Assembly (NCBI GenBank): GCA_026393975.1
Contig: JAPKZD010000022.1
Span: 44,483 to 108,482 of the forward strand
Origin: Candidatus Aminicenantes bacterium
GTDB lineage: Bacteria; Acidobacteriota; Aminicenantia; Aminicenantales; Saccharicenantaceae
DNA: 64,000 nucleotides
Direction of reading: 5' to 3'
Shown: piece by piece, positions 9,458 to 18,984 of the stretch
How positions within the stretch are numbered: position 1 is the stretch's first letter
Layout: each line of letters begins with the position of its first letter
Translations under genes and position numbers: made by a program
The notes under the pieces: model-generated
Databases searched by the model: none
What the model was told of the DNA's origin: nothing
The model's input: only the letters and a program-made list of their open reading frames with translations

Positions 9458-10852
9458 ATGGACGAAAGCACGAAATCCCCGGGACCCGGCGAGCCGCTCT
9501 GGAGCCGCCGGAAGTTCCTCGGCGCGTCGGCGACGGCCGCGGCCGGCCTGATGGTCGTTCCCCGCCACGTCGTCGGGGCGACCCAAAAGAAAAAGGCGCC
9601 GAGCGACACCCTCAATATCGCCTGCGTCGGCGTTGGCGGCATGGGCTTTTCGGACACGCGCGGCGTCCGCTCGGAGAACATCGTTGCCCTCTGCGACGTC
9701 GATGACGAGATGGTTGCCAACCTCATCCGATCCGAGGACGTCGAACCGGCCGAGAAGGCCATGTACGAAAAGGCGGCCAAGTACCGCGATTTTCGGCGGA
9801 TGCTGGAGAAGGAAAAGGGCATCGACGCCATCACCGTGACGGTCCCCGACCACAATCATGCCGTCATCGCCATGGCCGCCATCAAACTGGGCAAGCACGT
9901 CTATGTCCAGAAACCCCTGACCCACACCATCAAGGAAGCCCGCATCCTGGCCAAGGCCGCCAAGGAGGCCAAGGTCGTCACCCAGATGGGCAACCAGGGC
10001 CATTCCAAGGAAGGCGCTCGGCTCATCTGCGAATGGATCTGGGCCGGCGCCATCGGCGACGTCTTCGAGGTCCACTGCTGGACGGACCGTCCGATCTGGC
10101 CCCAAGGCGTCGATGCTCCCAAGGAGATCCCCTCGGTGCCATCGACGCTCGATTGGGACGTCTGGCTCGGCCCGGCCCCGTTCCGGCCCTACCATCCGGC
10201 CTACGCGCCCTTCAAGTGGCGCGGGCTGTGGGACTTCGGCACGGGCGCTTTGGGCGACATGGGCGCTCACATCATGGACCAGCCCTTCTGGGCCCTCAAG
10301 CTCAAGTCCCCCATCAGCGTCCAGGCCTCCTCGACGGTGTTCACGAAGGACTACGCCCCCCGGGCCGAGGTCGTGACCTACGAGTTCGCCGCCCGTGAGG
10401 GGATGGGCCCCCTGACCCTGACCTGGTGGGACGGCGGCATCATGCCACCCCGCCCGGCCGAGCTCGAGCCCGGCCGGATGATGGGCGACGAGGGCGGCGG
10501 ATGCCTTTTCCGCGGCACCAAGGGCCTCTTGGTGTGCAGCACCTACGGCGAGAACCCCCGCCTCATCCCCGAGACCCGGATGCAGGAATACAAGCGGCCC
10601 GAGAAGACCATCCTTCGCTCTCCCGGTATTCGCGAGGAATGGATCGAGGCCATCAAGAAGGGCACGAAGTCAACGACCGACTTCTCCTACTCGGGACCGC
10701 TGACCGAGACCATGCTCCTGGCCAACGTCGCCGTCCGCCTCAAGGACAAGAACATGAAGCTCCTCTGGGACGGCGAGAAGATGGAGTTCACCAACCTGGC
10801 CGAGGCCAACGAGCTCCTTCACTTCGAATACCGGCCCGGCTGGAGTCTGTAA
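9458..10852 (+). CDS. Tat-exported Gfo/Idh/MocA oxidoreductase
   Basis: SRRKFL Tat motif; GVGGMG; PDHNH; YVQKP; GALGDMGAH. Confidence 0.92.
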   Translation: MDESTKSPGPGEPLWSRRKFLGASATAAAGLMVVPRHVVGATQKKKAPSDTLNIACVGVGGMGFSDTRGVRSENIVALCDVDDEMVANLIRSEDVEPAEKAMYEKAAKYRDFRRMLEKEKGIDAITVTVPDHNHAVIAMAAIKLGKHVYVQKPLTHTIKEARILAKAAKEAKVVTQMGNQGHSKEGARLICEWIWAGAIGDVFEVHCWTDRPIWPQGVDAPKEIPSVPSTLDWDVWLGPAPFRPYHPAYAPFKWRGLWDFGTGALGDMGAHIMDQPFWALKLKSPISVQASSTVFTKDYAPRAEVVTYEFAAREGMGPLTLTWWDGGIMPPRPAELEPGRMMGDEGGGCLFRGTKGLLVCSTYGENPRLIPETRMQEYKRPEKTILRSPGIREEWIEAIKKGTKSTTDFSYSGPLTETMLLANVAVRLKDKNMKLLWDGEKMEFTNLAEANELLHFEYRPGWSL

Positions 10853-10874
10853 GGGAAAAAAGAGGGGTTCTTCG

Positions 10875-11621
10875 ATGAAGAAAGCCACGCTTTTCGTCGC
10901 GAGTTCGATTTTCCTGGCTGCCGCGCTTTGGGCCGTCCAGGATCAGTGGCCGGTCCACGACCCGAACCGGCCCATGCCTCCGGTCGTCGCGCCGGGCCCG
11001 GCCGGCCCGCCCGTCCCGCCGCCCGCCGACGCGGTCGTCCTTTTCGACGGCAAGAGCCTCGCCTCGTGGACCGACGCCAAGGGCCAGCCCGTGAAGTGGA
11101 AAGTCGAGAACGGATACATGGAGGTCGTGCCCAAGACGGGCGCCATCCGTACCGTCCGGGGGTTCGGGGACTGCCAGCTCCACGTCGAATGGATGGCCCC
11201 GACGCCGGCCAAGGGGATGGGCCAGGACCGCGGTAACAGCGGTGTTTTCCTCATGGACCTCTATGAAGTCCAGGTCCTCGACTGCTACGGCAACACAACC
11301 TACGCCGACGGCATGACCGCGGCCATCTACGGCCAGCATCCACCCCTGGTCAACGCCTGTCGGCCGCCCGGCGAATGGCAGACCTACGACATCGTCTTCC
11401 ACAGGCCGCGGTTCGAAACGGACGGCAAGCTCCTCACTCCGGCCCGGATGACCGTCTTCCATAACGGCATCCTCGTCCACGAGTGCGCCGTCCTGACCGG
11501 GCCGACGGCCCACATGGCCCGGCCGCCCTATAAGACGCACGCTGATAAACTGCCGCTCTCTCTCCAGGACCACGGCCATCCCGTCCGCTACCGGAATATC
11601 TGGCTGAGGGAGCTCGAGTGA
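10875..11621 (+). CDS. DUF1080 (3-keto-glycoside hydratase-like) secreted protein
   Basis: [50 protein letters not shown]. Confidence 0.92.
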   Translation: MKKATLFVASSIFLAAALWAVQDQWPVHDPNRPMPPVVAPGPAGPPVPPPADAVVLFDGKSLASWTDAKGQPVKWKVENGYMEVVPKTGAIRTVRGFGDCQLHVEWMAPTPAKGMGQDRGNSGVFLMDLYEVQVLDCYGNTTYADGMTAAIYGQHPPLVNACRPPGEWQTYDIVFHRPRFETDGKLLTPARMTVFHNGILVHECAVLTGPTAHMARPPYKTHADKLPLSLQDHGHPVRYRNIWLRELE

Positions 11622-11629
11622 AGGAGTCC

Positions 11630-12424
11630 ATGATGAAGACGAAAACCCTGCTAGCGACGGTTGTCCTAGGAGTCTCCTGTCTCCTCGTCGGCTCACCCGC
11701 GGCCCAGGCGCCCAAAAAGCAGAGGACGGTCCTCATGGTCTGGGGCGGCTGGGAGGGCCACGAGCCCAAGCAGTGTGTGGACATCTTCGCGCCTTGGCTC
11801 GAATCCCAGGGCTTCAAGGTCGAGATCTCCCATTCGCTCGACGCCTACCTCGACCTCGACAAGCTCAAGACGCTCGACCTCATCGTCCACATCTTCACCA
11901 TGTCCGACATCAAACCCGAGCAGGAGAAGAACCTCGAGGAGGCCGTCAAGAGCGGCGTCGGACTCGCCGGCTGGCACGGCGGGCTGGGCGATGCCCACCG
12001 CACGGCCGTCGAATACCAGTTCATGGTCGGCGGCCAGTGGGTCGCGCACCCCGGCGGGGTCATCGACTACGACGTCGACATCACCAACCCCTCCGACCCG
12101 ATCACGAAGGGCCTCAAGAGGCGCTTCCACATGAAGTCCGAGCAGTACTTCATGCAAGTCGACCCCATCGTCGACGTCTTGGCCACGACGACGTTCACGG
12201 GCCAGCACGCGCCCTGGATCGACGGCCTGGTCATGCCGGTCGTCTGGAAGAAGCTCTACGGGAAGGGGCGGGTTTTCTACACGTCCCTCGGCCACGTCGC
12301 GGCCGATTTCAACGTCCCCGAGGCCCGCGAGATCGTCGAGCGGGGGCTCCTCTGGGCCGCCCGGGTCATGGGCGACGATCCGCCCAAAATGAACATCTAC
12401 GCGCCGCTTCTCAAAAAGAAATAG
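11630..12424 (+). CDS. ThuA-like domain protein
   Basis: [37 protein letters not shown]; signal peptide; AAGGAG RBS. Confidence 0.88.
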   Translation: MMKTKTLLATVVLGVSCLLVGSPAAQAPKKQRTVLMVWGGWEGHEPKQCVDIFAPWLESQGFKVEISHSLDAYLDLDKLKTLDLIVHIFTMSDIKPEQEKNLEEAVKSGVGLAGWHGGLGDAHRTAVEYQFMVGGQWVAHPGGVIDYDVDITNPSDPITKGLKRRFHMKSEQYFMQVDPIVDVLATTTFTGQHAPWIDGLVMPVVWKKLYGKGRVFYTSLGHVAADFNVPEAREIVERGLLWAARVMGDDPPKMNIYAPLLKKK

Positions 12425-12443
12425 GCGGTGACTGGTCGGAGGA

Positions 12444-14051
12444 TCAGCGGGAAATCGGCGGCCTGCTTTTGAGCAATTCGTCCCAGAGGTCGCGGCGGAC
12501 GAAGAGCGCGAGGACGACTTCGGGACGCAGGCCGTAGAAGCTCTGTTGATACCGGTCGCCGAGCGCCGTCGCGACCTTTTCGACGTTGGCGGCTGAGGCG
12601 ATGACCACCGCCGCGTCGCCGGGGTCGCCCGCCGTCTCCGCGCTCGTCCAGTATCCCACCCGGCCGTACCGTCTCAGATACCAGGGAAGGGGCCAGGTCT
12701 CATCGGGCGGGGCGATGACCTTGATCAACAGGTCCTTTTTTTCCGGCGCGGCGGCGGCGATTTTCTCCACGGCGGCGACGAGCTTCAGGAAGTCCGGGAT
12801 CGTCTGAGCGTAGACATAGGGGTTCGATGGGTCGGAGGGAGCGGTGAAATTGGCCCTGTAGGCCTGGGCGGTCAGATTGACAAAGCCCGGGACGAGCGCG
12901 GCCAGGATGAGGATTTTGATCAGGCGGAATCGGCTTATTCTCAGGAGAAGGCCAACGCCGTTTCCCGCCAGAAGCACCAGGCCGAGGTAGAAAGGAAGGA
13001 TGTTCCACGGTGTTTTATAAGGAACCAGGCTGTACACCGCCGCCGTCATGACGGTGAAGAAGAGGACGAAACGGACGAAGCGGGGACTGCCGTCCTTTCC
13101 CGCGTCATGTTCGAACGCGGCGATGCCTCCGGCCGCGGCGAGGAAGAGGAGGAAGGCTTCGCTCCAGACCGGGCCGCCGGCGGTTTTGGAATAGGCCAGC
13201 GTCTGGAAATAGTAGTACCAGGGGTGGGCATGGAATCCGGGATGGCCGGCCCGGTTGAAAGACGCCCCTATGGCCCGGACCGAATCGGCCAGTCCGTGCG
13301 GGTTTTGGAAGAACGAGGTGAAGAAGAGGAGGGCGGTCATGGCGCCGGCGGCCAGGAAGAGAGTGGCGTGCAGGGCTGTCCGAAGCTTTGCCGGGGCATT
13401 CCGCCCGCCTCGGGCGTTTCCGGCCGCGCCGGCCCCTTCCCCCCGGCGGGCGCGAGGGTTGTCCATGAGGAACACAAGCCCGAGCGCCGCGGCCAGACCG
13501 GCGAAAAGGATGACGCTCGTTTCCTTCGTGGCGTACATCAGGCCGGTCGAGACGCCGGCCGCGAGGGCCCACCAGCCGGAGCGCGTTCGCGCGTATTTCC
13601 ATCCGGCGGCGATGAGCCCTGCCAGGAAGAAGACGAGCAGGGTCTCCTGGATGTAGAACCGGCTGTAGTAGGTCATCGCCGGCGAGACGGCGGCCAATGA
13701 GGCCGCCGCGAGCGACGCCTCGCGGGAGAGCCCGCCGGCGAGGAGAAGAAAGAGAAGAAGCAATCCCGCTCCGAAGAGGGCCGGGACGAGGCGGAGCGTC
13801 GTTTCGCTGAGCTCGGCCAGGGTTCTCTCGCCCGCCACCCGGGCCACGGGCAGCGTCAGGTAATAGAGGCTCGGCCCGTGGTGGTCGTTCGGGTCGAACC
13901 GGTATTCCCCTCGCTCGAGGAGGTCTCCGAACTTGACCGCCTGGTTGGCCTCGTCGTGGTGCATGGGCCGGACGTCCAGGCGGACGATACGGAAAAGGAG
14001 GGCGCCGAGGACGGCGCAGACAAAGAGCCCCCGAAAGACCTTATTCGTCAT
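12444..14051 (-). CDS. TIGR03663/Agl23-like multi-pass membrane GT-C-type protein
   Basis: RPMHHDEANQA..HHGPSLYY, YYSRFYIQE, ATKET, YKTPW, WPLPWYLR; many TM segments. Confidence 0.8.
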   Translation of the reverse strand: MTNKVFRGLFVCAVLGALLFRIVRLDVRPMHHDEANQAVKFGDLLERGEYRFDPNDHHGPSLYYLTLPVARVAGERTLAELSETTLRLVPALFGAGLLLLFLLLAGGLSREASLAAASLAAVSPAMTYYSRFYIQETLLVFFLAGLIAAGWKYARTRSGWWALAAGVSTGLMYATKETSVILFAGLAAALGLVFLMDNPRARRGEGAGAAGNARGGRNAPAKLRTALHATLFLAAGAMTALLFFTSFFQNPHGLADSVRAIGASFNRAGHPGFHAHPWYYYFQTLAYSKTAGGPVWSEAFLLFLAAAGGIAAFEHDAGKDGSPRFVRFVLFFTVMTAAVYSLVPYKTPWNILPFYLGLVLLAGNGVGLLLRISRFRLIKILILAALVPGFVNLTAQAYRANFTAPSDPSNPYVYAQTIPDFLKLVAAVEKIAAAAPEKKDLLIKVIAPPDETWPLPWYLRRYGRVGYWTSAETAGDPGDAAVVIASAANVEKVATALGDRYQQSFYGLRPEVVLALFVRRDLWDELLKSRPPISR

Positions 14052-14725
14052 TTGGCCGGGATGCCGTAGACCTCAACCTCCACATAATGGTTCATGTCGT
14101 TCGAAGTGTTGCCGCCGCTGGTGAGACGGACGTAGCGGGCCTTGACCCCCTTGGGGTCGAAGAGCTTGCCGTCGAAGGTTTCGATGTACTCCTTGTCCTT
14201 GCCGGCGCCGAGGCCCGAGGTGTTGTCGTGGTCGTTATTGAAAACCGTCGTCACGCCGCTGATGAAGTCCTTGTCGTCGGAAACCTGGACGACGACGTCC
14301 CGGTAGACGCGGGCCTGGCTGTGGTAGTGCCAGGCGACGATGGCGTGGAGCTCCTGGGATTTCCCGAGGTCGATCTGGACCCACTGGAGCATGGGTCCGA
14401 ACTCGACGTAGTAGCCGTCCTCGCCGGATTTCTTGCCGTCCGTGACGAAGGCGATCTCGCCGATGACGGGCTCCTTGTCGCTCGCGGCGACCGGCTTTCC
14501 CGCGGAAAGGAGGACCGTGCCGACCGGGACCATGAAAGGTCCCCGGGGTTTCCCGGTGATCGTTTCGAGATTGGGCGTGCGGATGTTCTTGGGCGTGCCG
14601 ACGAACATCGGTTTGGGGAGCTGGATCTTCAGGACCTCTTTTCCCTGGTCCTGTGCCGGGGCCGTGGGCGCGAGGAAGGCCAGGCCGAGGACGGCGGTCG
14701 ATATCCAACCGAGGATCTTCTTCAT
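14048..14725 (-). CDS. Secreted discoidin/F5-8 type C-like galactose-binding-fold protein
   Basis: Signal peptide; QWVQIDLG, ARYVRL, YVEVEVYG. Confidence 0.75.
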   Translation of the reverse strand: MKKILGWISTAVLGLAFLAPTAPAQDQGKEVLKIQLPKPMFVGTPKNIRTPNLETITGKPRGPFMVPVGTVLLSAGKPVAASDKEPVIGEIAFVTDGKKSGEDGYYVEFGPMLQWVQIDLGKSQELHAIVAWHYHSQARVYRDVVVQVSDDKDFISGVTTVFNNDHDNTSGLGAGKDKEYIETFDGKLFDPKGVKARYVRLTSGGNTSNDMNHYVEVEVYGIPAK

Positions 14726-15655
14726 CTCTGTCTCCTTGTTCGGACGGGCCCGTTTCCGGCGATCGTACCCGCGTTGAATATTCTACACTTTTTCCGGGCG
14801 TTTATCACGAGCGCCCAGACCTCGGGATGACGGCTGCAGAGGGCCGCCACACCGGCCGTGGCCATGACCATGAAAGCGGTCGAGAGCGCGTCAGCCGCGG
14901 CTGCGGATGGATGGGACGCCCAGGCGGCACGGTGCCCCCGGGCCGGGCGGCCCGTCCGCGGATCGACGATGTGTTCACCCTTGACCTCGGTCCCGGAACC
15001 GCTCAGGGCTCGGTCCCGGAGAAAGACGCGGTCCGGGCCGCCCGGCGCCGACCGGCCAGCCTCGCCCGGACCCGTTTTTTCCCGGGCCCGGGCCCGCGGC
15101 CAGAGCGGTGCTCGTGCCGGAGTGCAAGAGGACATTTTCGACCTCCCAATCGCGGAGGACGGCCAGGGCGCCGTCCAAGGCGTAGCCCTTGCCGACGGCC
15201 CCGAAATCGAGGAGGAGCGGCGGAGCTTTCGCCTTCCCCCTGCCGGCGAGCCGCGCGACCTCGATCCCCCGGCCGGTCTGGACGACGTGGATGAGCTTGC
15301 CGAGCGGCGGGGGGGATGCCGTGGACTTCCTCGCCGCGGACCGGCCGGCGGCCAGATAGTTGACGTCGAAGGCGCCGTCCGTTTCCGCCTGGACGGCGGC
15401 CGCGATGCCCAGGACTTCGGCCGTCTCGATCCCGATGCGCAGGGACTCTCCGGGGCCGAGGCGCCCGATGCGGCTCGTCTCGCTCGCCGGGTCGAACCGG
15501 CTGAAAAGTCGCTCCAGCCGGTCGATCTCGTCGAAGGCCGCCCGAGCCGCCTGCCGGGCATAGGCTTCGGCCTTCCCGGCGACGAAGACCTCGAACACGG
15601 TCGCCATCGCCTCGTGGGCGAACCGGTGAACGCGCTTTCCGGGTTGTAAGGACAT
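14722..15655 (-). pseudogene. apbE: FAD:protein FMN transferase (ApbE), frameshifted near 15043
   Basis: N-part AMATVF..SRFDPASE..TDGAFD..DFGAVGKGYALD..GWPVG in one frame; C-part ALSGSG..HIVDPRTG..ADALSTAF in another. Confidence 0.8.
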
Positions 15656-15666
15656 CTCGCGTGGAC

Positions 15667-18600
15667 CTATTTTGGGGATTTCGGACCGAGAGGGAGCTCC
15701 CGGACGCTGTCCGAAGGAGCCTTGATGCGGGCGGCGACGTCTTTCTCGCTGCGGATTTTCTCGTCCGTCAGATAGTGGACGTCGAGCAGACCCTCGGAAT
15801 GGAAGCCCGTCCGGAAATAGTTCATTTCGGCCAGGGACAGGCTCCAGCCCTGGAGCCACGTCTCGAGCTCCTTGCGCTGCCGCGCGCCGCCCTGGAAATG
15901 GACGATGAGCTTGATCGGGCTGTCCGGGCTGACCTCCCCGGCCTCGGTTTCGTCGAGGAGATAGACGCCCCGCACGCCCCAGGGCTGGCCGCCGCAGTGG
16001 TAGGCGATCCGCTCGGCCATGCGCTGGCGCCAGCGGAAATGGTCCTCGTCCTCGCGGACGGCGGGCAGGCTCGTCGCGCAGGCGGTCCGTACGGTCGCCT
16101 CGGGGCTGGCGAAGAAGCCGACGGCGAGCTCCCGGTCGGCGTTCATGAGCACCCGGAGGACCTTCCCGCCGGTCGCCTCGGGGACGTCGATGACCCGCAG
16201 GGCGTCGGTCAGCAGGGCGCATTCGGGGCAGAACTCGGCCAGCTTGTTCGGGGCCTGGAGCAGGAAGGCCTCGTTGAACTTCGCGCCGGGATCGTCCGGG
16301 TAGAGCGGCAGGTAGCGGATGCCCGATTCCACCAGGTCCTGGAAGAAATGCGTCCCGAACGAGACGTCGGGGACGTAGTTGCCCTTTTTCCGGGCGACCT
16401 CGATGAGCATGGCCGAGTTGTTGATCTCCGAATAGGTCACGCGCACGCCGAGCTTGATGTCGCCGCGGCTGCCCCACCGCCCCGGGCCCATGAGGATGAA
16501 CTGGCGGCGGGGCAGGATCTTGTTGAGCTTGCCCACGGCCTGACCGACGGCGACGAGGTCCGTGTAATCGGCGAGCTCCCCATACTTGTCGGGGTCGACG
16601 TAAACGATGTGGGTGATGTCGGCGACGCGGCCGTTCGAGACATATTTGCTGGCCGTGAAGAGGACGGACTCGTCGGACAGGTTCGCCGGGATCTCCATGG
16701 CCACGTCCTCGGCGGCCTGGCTCTGCGGCCGGCACTGGAGGAGGTAGAAGTCCGTTCCCGTGGAAGCGAATTCGATGTCGACCGGGACGCCGAGCGCCGT
16801 GGACAGGGTCTTGAGGATGGCCTCGAGCTGGAGCATAAATGGCGTCCCGGAGATGAGGCCGTCGAACGTCACGACGGCGTCCGACTTGGCGATGTCCGTG
16901 GCCAGGCCCATGGGCCTCTGGAGAAGCCCGTCCCGGTAAACCGAGAAGACCTTGGTCAGGGCCGGGAATTCGTGGCCGACCTCGCCGAGGAGCTCCTTGA
17001 TGTCCTTGGTGACGAAGGTGTTCTCCTCGAGGTCGATGACGTCGATTTTCTTGGGCGAATAGCGGACGGCCTCGTCGACCGAGACGTTGACCCGCAGGTT
17101 CGGCTGGCCGGGGGAGACGAGGACGGGGTAGTCGTCGCTGACCCGGTCCACGGCCCGCGTCCCGAGCCCGGGGACGAGCCGGAGCAGGCCGTCCTCGCGT
17201 TTGATCCGCGGCGACCAGCGGAACTCGTTCCGGCTGAAGGCGACGCCGGCGTAGGCCGGGAAGAAGTACTTGCCGGCCCGGGTGCCGACGACCTCCTGGA
17301 TCATGATGCCCATCTCCTCGTAGAAGTCGAGGAGGCCGCGCTCGGCCCGGTACTGGATGGGGTCGGGGCTGAAGATCGAGGCATAGACCTCGGCCACGGC
17401 GTCGAGGAGGGCCTCGAGGCGCTGCTGCTTGTCGCCTTGGTTGGCCAGGAAGAGGCTCTTGTATTTCCCGGCGAAGGCCGTTCCCAGCCGGTCCTCGAGG
17501 AGGCTCGAACTGCGGACGATGAGCGGCACGTCGCCGAAGTCGTCAAGGGCCACCGAAAGGCCCTTGACGACTTCGGGCGGGAAGGTCGAGTTCTTGAAGA
17601 CCTGGACGAGATGGGGATATTCCTGGCGGACGACCTCGATGTCCTTGTACTTCTGCTCGATGACGTCGTCGAGGTTGTTGTGGGTGGTGAAGGCGATCAG
17701 CCCGTCGGACGTGATGTACCAGGTCTTGGGCTTCTTCACGGAGCCGATGAGCTTCGTCCGGCGTGCCGCTTGCTTGAGGATCCGGCTGGCCAGGAAGAGG
17801 CCGGCGCTCTTGCCGCCGAGCTTGCCGTGGCTGCCGGGCGGGAAGACGATCCGCTCCATGAGGCCGAAGAAGTCCTCGAGGTCGACGTACTTCTTGGCGA
17901 CGTTGATGAACTCGAGCTGTTCCGTGAAAAAGCGCCGGATGAGGGCGACGCGGACGCTGTTGGCCGTCGACCGGGGCAGCTGGATGCCCTCCGGCGCCAG
18001 GAGCTTGATCCGGCGCATGCTGTCGAGGACTTCGGCCAGGTCGGCGTAGATGTTTTCCAGGCTGTTGACGGCCGAGCTGGAGCGGTCCTCGTTGATCCAT
18101 TTCTGGATGCGGTCCAGGATGTCGTCGTCGGTCAAGTTGGCCGAAGCGATCTTGAACGTCTCCTCGGTCAGCTCAAAGAAGCGGTCCATCGATTCCTTGT
18201 TCTGGGGCAGGTTCGAGTCGCCGAAGAGTCCGTTGGCCACCCGGTCCCCGCTGAAGCGCTGGAGGAGGTCGCGGGCTTCGGTGACGCCGCGCCAGCCGAG
18301 GTAGTTCATCATCTTGCGGGACACCCGGATGAGGAGGCTCGGATTGGTGTTGCGGAGGAGGTCCAGGGCGATGCGCCAGCCCCGCTTCCCCTCGGCCACG
18401 TCGCGGCGGCCGTCGCTCATCTGCTCGTACATGCCCCGCAGGCGCTGGTGGAGGATGAAGTGCCCCAGGCGCTCGGCGAGCGTCTGGATGAGCTTGGCCT
18501 CGCCCTTCATGAACGGGCCGCAGTCACTCTCGGGCGTCGGCTTTCGGTAGGAGACGCAGAGCCGGCCGACCGACGTGTCCTGAACCCGGATCTCGGCGCA

Positions 18601-18855
18601 ATGGGTGTACGGGGTCTCTTCGAACTCGGGCGACTCGAAGACCTCTGAGCCGTAGCTGATCTGGGCCTGGCAGCAGTCCGGGAATTGCCAGCCGGGCGGG
18701 ATGGCCTCGATGACCTGACGAAAGACGTCTTCGAGGGGGACATCGTAGATGCTCAGGATCTCCTCGATGCGGTAGAGGCAGCTGAGCTCCTTGGCCCGTT
18801 CGTGGAGGGTGGAGAAGAGGGTGCTGACGGCCGTCGGGGTGCGCTGGTTGGTCAT
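15667..18855 (-). CDS. PEP synthase/PPDK N-terminal (ATP-grasp) domain protein with N-terminal sensor-like and C-terminal NTase-like domains
   Basis: GKLGGKSAGL, VRSSSLLED, FAGKYKS, IQEVVG, GLGTRAV, PVDIEFA, LQCRP. Confidence 0.85.
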   Translation of the reverse strand: MTNQRTPTAVSTLFSTLHERAKELSCLYRIEEILSIYDVPLEDVFRQVIEAIPPGWQFPDCCQAQISYGSEVFESPEFEETPYTHCAEIRVQDTSVGRLCVSYRKPTPESDCGPFMKGEAKLIQTLAERLGHFILHQRLRGMYEQMSDGRRDVAEGKRGWRIALDLLRNTNPSLLIRVSRKMMNYLGWRGVTEARDLLQRFSGDRVANGLFGDSNLPQNKESMDRFFELTEETFKIASANLTDDDILDRIQKWINEDRSSSAVNSLENIYADLAEVLDSMRRIKLLAPEGIQLPRSTANSVRVALIRRFFTEQLEFINVAKKYVDLEDFFGLMERIVFPPGSHGKLGGKSAGLFLASRILKQAARRTKLIGSVKKPKTWYITSDGLIAFTTHNNLDDVIEQKYKDIEVVRQEYPHLVQVFKNSTFPPEVVKGLSVALDDFGDVPLIVRSSSLLEDRLGTAFAGKYKSLFLANQGDKQQRLEALLDAVAEVYASIFSPDPIQYRAERGLLDFYEEMGIMIQEVVGTRAGKYFFPAYAGVAFSRNEFRWSPRIKREDGLLRLVPGLGTRAVDRVSDDYPVLVSPGQPNLRVNVSVDEAVRYSPKKIDVIDLEENTFVTKDIKELLGEVGHEFPALTKVFSVYRDGLLQRPMGLATDIAKSDAVVTFDGLISGTPFMLQLEAILKTLSTALGVPVDIEFASTGTDFYLLQCRPQSQAAEDVAMEIPANLSDESVLFTASKYVSNGRVADITHIVYVDPDKYGELADYTDLVAVGQAVGKLNKILPRRQFILMGPGRWGSRGDIKLGVRVTYSEINNSAMLIEVARKKGNYVPDVSFGTHFFQDLVESGIRYLPLYPDDPGAKFNEAFLLQAPNKLAEFCPECALLTDALRVIDVPEATGGKVLRVLMNADRELAVGFFASPEATVRTACATSLPAVREDEDHFRWRQRMAERIAYHCGGQPWGVRGVYLLDETEAGEVSPDSPIKLIVHFQGGARQRKELETWLQGWSLSLAEMNYFRTGFHSEGLLDVHYLTDEKIRSEKDVAARIKAPSDSVRELPLGPKSPK

Positions 18856-18927
18856 GTCGCCGCGTCCCTCCTTGGCCGCCCGCGCGGCCCTCTCCTAGTC
18901 GGCCCGGCTTCCCGGGCTAAAGAAGGC

Positions 18928-18957
18928 CCGTCTCCCCCGGCGGTCCGGGGGAGACGG
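18928..18957 (-). terminator. Hairpin after gdh (terminator or mRNA-stabilising stem)
   Basis: Perfect 13-bp stem CCGTCTCCCCCGG/CCGGGGGAGACGG; weak U-tract on minus strand. Confidence 0.5.
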
Positions 18958-18984
18958 ATCGTGAAGTCGCAGCGTCGAAACGGT

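Noticed and set aside
14975-16735. 586-aa ORF as a single gene
   Set aside because: The first 360 codons are an off-frame overlap with the PEP-synthase-like gene; only the part from ATG 15655 is ApbE.
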